Assembly: GCA_964291215.2 (NCBI GenBank) | Contig: OZ219790.1 | Location: 2,016,001-2,080,000, forward strand | DNA from: Alphaproteobacteria bacterium | Lineage (GTDB): Bacteria; Pseudomonadota; Alphaproteobacteria; MPNO01; UBA830 | Reading direction: 5' to 3' | Length of the DNA stretch: 64,000 nt | Part shown: positions 58,355 through 64,000 of the stretch, piece by piece | Layout: every line of letters starts with the position of its first letter | Numbering within the stretch: position 1 is the stretch's first letter | Notes under the pieces: model-generated | Seen by the model: the letters and a program-made list of their open reading frames with translations, nothing else | What the model was told of the DNA's origin: nothing | Database searches by the model: none | Position numbers and translations under genes: made by a program

Positions 58355-58780
58355 ATGCCCGACAACGTAACATCGATGGAAGCTCTGCAGGAGCGGATGA
58401 GCGCCAGCCCGTTCAACGACTGGATGGGCCTCAGGATCGAGAGTTTGACCGAAGACGAGATCACGGTGTCGGTGGGGTGGCGCGAGGAGATGATTTCGAA
58501 CCCGGCCGCCCGTTACACCCATGGCGGGATCATCGGCGCCGTCATCGACACGGTGGCGGATTTCATGATCGCGGCAAAGGTCGGCATGCCCGTCCCGACG
58601 GTCGACATCCGCATCGACTACCACCGCGCTGCGATGCCCGGCGATCTCACCTGCACCGGCCGCATCGTCCGCCTCGGGAGCACGAACTCGGTCGCCGAGG
58701 CCTATCTGCGGGATGGTGAAGGCAGGCTGGTCGCGAGCGGGCGCGGCACGTATTTCACCGCCGCCGCACGGAAAGACTGA
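58355..58780 (+). CDS. PaaI family thioesterase
   Basis: SPFNDWMGL, HGGIIGAVID, PTVDIRIDYHR, GRLVASGRGTY. Confidence 0.88.
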   Translation: MPDNVTSMEALQERMSASPFNDWMGLRIESLTEDEITVSVGWREEMISNPAARYTHGGIIGAVIDTVADFMIAAKVGMPVPTVDIRIDYHRAAMPGDLTCTGRIVRLGSTNSVAEAYLRDGEGRLVASGRGTYFTAAARKD

Positions 58781-58884
58781 CGGATCGAACTCCGCCGGGC
58801 CGGTCTCGGACGGCCCGACACCCTTGCAGACATGCAGGAGCCGGCCGACCGCAAGGACGGCGCGCCGTCCTGCATCTCCCGCGC

Positions 58885-60180
58885 TCAACCGAACACGCGC
58901 CGGAAGATCGTGTTCACATGTTTAGCATGATGGCCCGGATCGAACAGGCCGGCGAGGGTGGCGTGATCGAGGAAACTGCCGATCTCGTCATCCTCCTGCA
59001 GCCGCTCCAGAAACGAACCGCCGCCATTCCACACCGCCATCGCATTGCGCTGCACGGCAGAATAGGCGTCCTCGCGGCTCATCCCGGCCTGGGTGAGCGC
59101 GAGCAGCACCTGCTGCGAATGGACCAAGCCGCCGAGCCGGTCGAGATTGGCCGCCATGTTTTCGGGATAGACGACGAGCCGTTCGATGACGCTGGCGGCG
59201 CGGGCCAGAAGAAAGTCAAGCGTGATCGTCGCGTCGGGGCCAATCACCCGCTCGACCGACGAATGCGAGATGTCGCGCTCGTGCCAGAGGGCCACATTCT
59301 CCATCGCCGGAATGCAGCTCGACCGTACCAGCCGCGCAAGCCCCGTGATGTTTTCGGTGAGCACTGGATTGCGCTTGTGCGGCATCGCCGAGGAGCCTTT
59401 CTGGCCAGGCGCGAAATACTCCTCGGCCTCCATCATCTCCGTGCGCTGGAGGTGGCGGATTTCGACGGCGAGGCGCTCGGCCGAGGACGCGATGACAGCG
59501 AGAGTAGCAAAGAACATCGCGTGCCGGTCGCGCGGGATGACTTGGGTCGACACCGGCTCCAGCTCGAGACCCATAGCCCGCGCGACATGTTCCTCAACCC
59601 GGGGGTCGATATTGGCGAAGGTGCCCACCGCCCCCGATATCGCGCAAGTCGCGATTTCGTTGCGGGCTGCGCGCAGGCGGGCACGGTTGCGGTCGAACTC
59701 GGCATAGTGGCCGGCGAGCTTCAGGCCGAAGGTGGTGGGTTCGGCGTGGATCCCGTGGCTGCGGCCGATGACCGACGTCATTCTGTGCTCTTCGGCCCGC
59801 GCACGAAGCGCCGCCAGTAGGATGTCGAGATCCTCAAGAAGGATTTCGGCTGCCTGGGAAAGCTGGACCGCAAGGCAGGTGTCGAGAACATCGGACGACG
59901 TCATGCCCTGATGGACGAAGCGCGCCTCGTCGCCAACATGTTCAGCAAGGTTGGTCAGAAACGCGATGACGTCATGCCGGGTCTCGCGCTCTATCTCGTC
60001 GATGCGCTCGACTTCGAAGCGGCCGCGCTCGCGCACCGCCCTCGCAGCTTCCTTCGGAATCACGCCAAGCTCGGCCTGGGCATCGCAGGCATGGGCTTCG
60101 ATCTCGAACCAGATGCGGTACCGGTTCTCGGGCGTCCATATTGCCGCCATCCGCGGCCGTGAATAGCGCGAAATGGCCAT
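58885..60180 (-). CDS. purB: Adenylosuccinate lyase
   Basis: RYSRP.M, HDVIAF, HQGMTSSDVLDT, GRSHGIHAEPTTFG, QKGSSAMPHKRNP, WHERDISHSSVER. Confidence 0.96.
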   Translation of the reverse strand: MAISRYSRPRMAAIWTPENRYRIWFEIEAHACDAQAELGVIPKEAARAVRERGRFEVERIDEIERETRHDVIAFLTNLAEHVGDEARFVHQGMTSSDVLDTCLAVQLSQAAEILLEDLDILLAALRARAEEHRMTSVIGRSHGIHAEPTTFGLKLAGHYAEFDRNRARLRAARNEIATCAISGAVGTFANIDPRVEEHVARAMGLELEPVSTQVIPRDRHAMFFATLAVIASSAERLAVEIRHLQRTEMMEAEEYFAPGQKGSSAMPHKRNPVLTENITGLARLVRSSCIPAMENVALWHERDISHSSVERVIGPDATITLDFLLARAASVIERLVVYPENMAANLDRLGGLVHSQQVLLALTQAGMSREDAYSAVQRNAMAVWNGGGSFLERLQEDDEIGSFLDHATLAGLFDPGHHAKHVNTIFRRVFG

Positions 60181-60577
60181 CAGTCTCGCGTCATGTGGCT
60201 GTGAGTCATTGGGACCGCCCCCGAGGGTGGCGCCGCCATGAACCGGCGGACGGTCCAGCCTACTCGACCCGATTCCGGACGACAAGGGAACTGCCGGCCC
60301 GCCGGCTCCGCAAGGCCCGCCAATCCGCGATGTTCCGACACGGCGCCGCGCGAGAATGGTGATGCAGTTCCCTGTCAGACCCGGGCGGCGGCCGAAAACG
60401 CGCCCCGTAAAATCGGCAACACGCGCCGCTGCGACAGCAAAACGGTATTGAAGTTGCGCGGCAATCCGGTCGGTGGCAGAAACCGGGCTGTAGTGGCACG
60501 CGGGCCGGAGCATGACGCAACGGGGGATCCGGCCCGACGCTGGCGGACCAGTACCACGCTATCGGAGGTGGCGCAGG

Positions 60578-61336
60578 ATGGGAGAGTATCCGGACCGTCA
60601 CGATTTCGTCACGGTCGCACTGACCGGAACCGGCACGCCGCGCCGCTTTGCACGAAATGAAGGCGGCCGGGATTTCGTCGTTGGCGACCTTCACGGCGCG
60701 TTCGCCACGCTCGAAGCGCTACTCGACGAGGTATCGTTCGACACTCGCCACGACCGCCTGTTCTCGGTTGGCGACTTGGTGGATCGCGGCGCCGCCTCGG
60801 GAAAGGCCCTCGACTGGATCGAGGGCCGTCCGTGGTTTCATTCCGTTCGCGGCAATCACGAGCAACTCCTGCTCGATTCGGCAACAAGCTTCGGAGCCGT
60901 GCAGCTCTGGATGTCGAACGGTGGCGACTGGTGGCATGCGGAGGACGACAGCCGGCAGAGCCGGTTCCGCGACGCCGTTGCCCGGTTGCCTTTCGCGCTC
61001 CGCATTGAGACCGCCACCGGCGGCGTCGGCGTCATCCATGCGGATATCCCGAGCGGCTGGGACTGGGACTCCATGTGCACCCGCCTCGGAGCGGGCGACC
61101 GCGAGGCCATCTGCCACGCGCTGTGGCTCCGCGAGCGCTGCCGCCTGCCCGAAAGCGGCAAGCCGGTTGCCGGCGACATCGACCGCATCTATTGCGGCCA
61201 CACACCGATGAAGGAACCGACGACCGTAGCGAACATCCATTATCTCGACACCGGCGCCGGCTGGGGCCACCGGCTGACTATCGCGGAAATACACCCCCGG
61301 CGCCACTGGACGCACACGCTGGCCGTGATTGACTGA
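60578..61336 (+). CDS. Metallophosphoesterase (PphA-like Ser/Thr phosphatase)
   Basis: VGDLHG, VGDLVDRG, VRGNHE, GHTP, DTGA. Confidence 0.88.
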   Translation: MGEYPDRHDFVTVALTGTGTPRRFARNEGGRDFVVGDLHGAFATLEALLDEVSFDTRHDRLFSVGDLVDRGAASGKALDWIEGRPWFHSVRGNHEQLLLDSATSFGAVQLWMSNGGDWWHAEDDSRQSRFRDAVARLPFALRIETATGGVGVIHADIPSGWDWDSMCTRLGAGDREAICHALWLRERCRLPESGKPVAGDIDRIYCGHTPMKEPTTVANIHYLDTGAGWGHRLTIAEIHPRRHWTHTLAVID

Positions 61337-61513
61337 TACCGGTTCTCGGGGACAGCACGCGGCGCTTCACCGATTCTACCGCCGGAAAGCCCCGACCGGC
61401 ACCACCTGGATGCCAGCAGCTTCCTGCGGCGCGACCACGACCCTGACAGGGATGTCCACGATAGCTTGGAGATTGCCTTTTGCGCAGACATCGAATATAC
61501 TCCCGTCTTCTAG

Positions 61514-61590
61514 GCGCCCGTAGCTCAACTGGACAGAGTACCTGACTACGGATCAGGGGGTTGGGGGTTCGAATCCTCCCGGGCGCGCCA
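61514..61590 (+). tRNA. tRNA-Arg(ACG)
   Basis: Acceptor GCGCCCG/CGGGCGC, anticodon arm CCTGA-CTACGGA-TCAGG, TTCGAATC T-loop, encoded CCA. Confidence 0.97.
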
Positions 61591-61652
61591 TGCTTCCCGA
61601 CATTGCCAAAGACTACACTGCCCCGGCGCGGCGCCAGTGGTTGGACGCGTTC

Positions 61653-62517
61653 TCAAGCCTCGCCGCAGAAGGCGAAGCGGAAGGCGTCGCCGTGCGCTCT
61701 CACGTGGCCCGCGGACGGCGTCGCGAAATGCGCCGGCATCATCGGAGCATCGTTTTCGGCCTGCGTTTCGAGAAACGCGCGGCGCGTGGCCCGCGCGCCG
61801 TCCGCATCGACGCAGAAGCAGCTGTTCTGGTGCTCCGCATTGCAGCGGATGATGCATCAGATCGCCGCTCATGACCGCCTCGCGCCCGCGGCTCCGGATG
61901 CGCACGCAGACATGGCCCGGGGACGGCTCGAGGCGAACCCAGCGGTCGATCACGTGATCGTCGGCCACGAGGTCCGCCTGCCCGGCACGCATCACCGGCG
62001 TGATCGAGTCCTCGTGATAGGGGTCGTCGGCGAAGTTCTCGGTGCGATAGTGCCGTTCCCAGAATTCTCATTCCCGGCGGCCGAACAGGTAGCGGGCATT
62101 GGGGAAAGTTGGCACCCACACGCCGCCAACGAGCCGCGTGTTCCAGCCGACGTGATCGACATGCAGATGAGTGCAGAGCACACGGTCGACAGCCTCTGGC
62201 GCCACGCCGGCGCGGTCGAGATTGGCAAGGTAAGGCCACGACCTGCGGTGATAGCGCGGCTTGCGCAGCCGTTCGCGATCGTTGCCGCTGCAGGTGTCTG
62301 CCAGGACAACGGTCTGCGGCGTGGTGATGACGAAGCTGTGGAAGGCAAGGACGAGAAGGTCCGACACCGGGTCGAGAAAGCCGGGTCCGAGCCAGCCGCG
62401 CTGCGCCTCGACGATGTCCGGCCGGATAGCAGTAAACAGCACTTCGAGCGCAAGCAGCGGCTGTTCGAATTCGAGGACACGATCTATGCGGACATCGCCA
62501 AGTTGTCAGCTGTTCAT
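61653..62517 (-). pseudogene. MBL-fold metallo-hydrolase pseudogene
   Basis: CTHLHVDHVGWNT, PTFPNARY, SPGH, SGDLMHHPLQ; TGA stops at codon 4 and at 62068, frameshift near 61830. Confidence 0.82.
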
Positions 62518-62606
62518 GAACCCTCGCCGGGGTTTGTCGCATGGCCTGCGACCGCCGACCAAGGCTCTTCTTTTGCCATGTTCTTGATATTAATAAAATA
62601 ATGATT

Positions 62607-63803
62607 CCCCCGTTCCATAGTGAAGTTCAAAACATGATGGGATTTAATCATGTGTTTTTAGACGCATGATGTTGCGGAGCGGTAGCGGCGAGAGTTCCTG
62701 TACAAGATGAAGGGAGCTTGTTCATGTCCAAAGGCTACCGTCACCTACGAAGAGCGATACCAGATTGAGGCAGAAAAGCGGTCTTTCACAAGGTGCGATT
62801 GCTCGGCGGCTGGGCCGATCAACAATTTTCCGGGAGATCAAGCGCAACACCGGGGGACGGGGTTACCGTCACAAGCAGGCGCAAAGAATGGCAGAAACGC
62901 AGGGCAGCCTCGTCTGTTTCCTAGCGGTTGACGCCTCGGGCTGAAGCTCAGAAAAAGCTGCGGGAGGGCCCCGAGCAGCGGCCGTTTTCGACTGGAGGGC
63001 CGTGGGTCGGCAACGTATCCATGATCGCATTCATGAAGATCGGAGAGCCGGGGGCGTCTTGTGGAAGAAGCTTCGGCGGCGCGGCAAGAAGCCGAACTGG
63101 AAGAGCGGATGCCATTCTGGCCGGGTGGACATTTCCGAGCGCCCTGCGGAGGCAAAGGAACGGATCGGCGACTGGGAGCCATCATCGGCAAAGCTCACAG
63201 TGGAGCTGTCGTGTCGCTCGTGCCACGAAATACACCTTGCTGGGTGGACAGAAAGACACGGTCGGTTCGGTCATGATCCGCCTGCTCGGCTCTGGTGCGC
63301 TATTGGTCCACACAATCACGTCAGACAACGGAGTTCGCAGACCACAGGCGTGTCGCACTTGACGCAGATTTCTTCTTCGCCTTTCCATTCCTGGGAGCGT
63401 GGCTTGAATGAGCACACCAACGGCCTGGTGCGGGAGTACTTCCCGAAGGGCAAGGACTTTCGCGCGACATGCAACGAAGATGTTCAGAAGGTGCGGCTCA
63501 ACACTCGGAAAGTCCTGGGATCGCCGACGGAGGTAATCTTGAAGTGAAACCGACCTGACCATCTGCGCCATGTTCCGCAGCCGCAACGTGCAGCAGGGTC
63601 CATGCCGCGCGACGACGAAATAGTGGCTTGAAGCCGACAAAGGCGTTGCATAAGCTCGATGTTGAAGGAACTGAAGCTGTTCCCAAGCGGAATCGAGAGG
63701 GGCAGAGGGGGAAAACTTGTGCAACATCCGGCCCTCATCTCCGTTCGGGCTACGCCCTCACTGCGATGAGGGCCGGATGTTGCACTTCAGACTGGAAGTG
63801 GGG
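62607..63803 (+). mobile_element. IS30 element
   Basis: Both TIRs present; 3-bp TSD ATT. Confidence 0.88.
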
Positions 63804-64000
63804 ATTTTATATCAATGAGTTAAAATTGCATTACCTGATGTGTCTTCATTTCGAGATCAGATGTTTTCAACCCCGTGCGCCCGTTTGTCCGTAAAAGTTC
63901 CGTCGGGCCGTGACGGGCCTGATCGACCCATTTTAGCGATTGAGGGTTCTGAGCCAGATGTGCTTTTTCGGCTGGTCTCGTTTGTTGTGCCTGTCGTAGC

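Noticed and set aside
60181-60513. N-terminal extension of PurB
   Set aside because: Homology starts at MAISRYSRP; the upstream part is intergenic.
61514-61590. tRNA-Arg as a possible integration site of an island or prophage
   Set aside because: No duplicated tRNA 3' end, integrase or phage genes seen in the window.

Overview
High-GC bacterial DNA, probably alphaproteobacterial (inferred from the purB, arginyl-transferase, bactofilin/M23 and tRNA context). Intact housekeeping and catabolic genes sit at 1-5.2 kb, 35-36 kb, 46-48 kb and 53.8-61.6 kb. Most of 6-53 kb and 62.6-63.8 kb is a nested graveyard of insertion sequences (IS5, IS256, IS66, ISAs1, ISKra4/ISLre2-like, IS110, IS30, IS4, IS630, IS1634) riddled with short deletions, although termini and target-site duplications are often perfect. 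The strongest signal is two copies of one IS110 element (19184-20510 and 31042-32496, minus strand), each flanked by a duplicated CT core. Each carries a structured non-coding RNA upstream of the recombinase. Its donor-loop guide matches the element's own ends, and its target-loop guides differ between the copies, each matching that copy's own insertion site. This is a naturally re-programmed bridge-RNA recombination system; both sites lie inside a DUF4338-ISAs1 element. Other notable signals are recurrent microhomology deletions concentrated in multicopy elements, an intact triplicated membrane-anchored coiled-coil gene with variable 7/11-aa repeats, an IS66 carrying a DNA adenine methylase-like passenger, and an IS4 found only in a palindrome of IS256. 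All protein family assignments are from motif recognition, not database searches.
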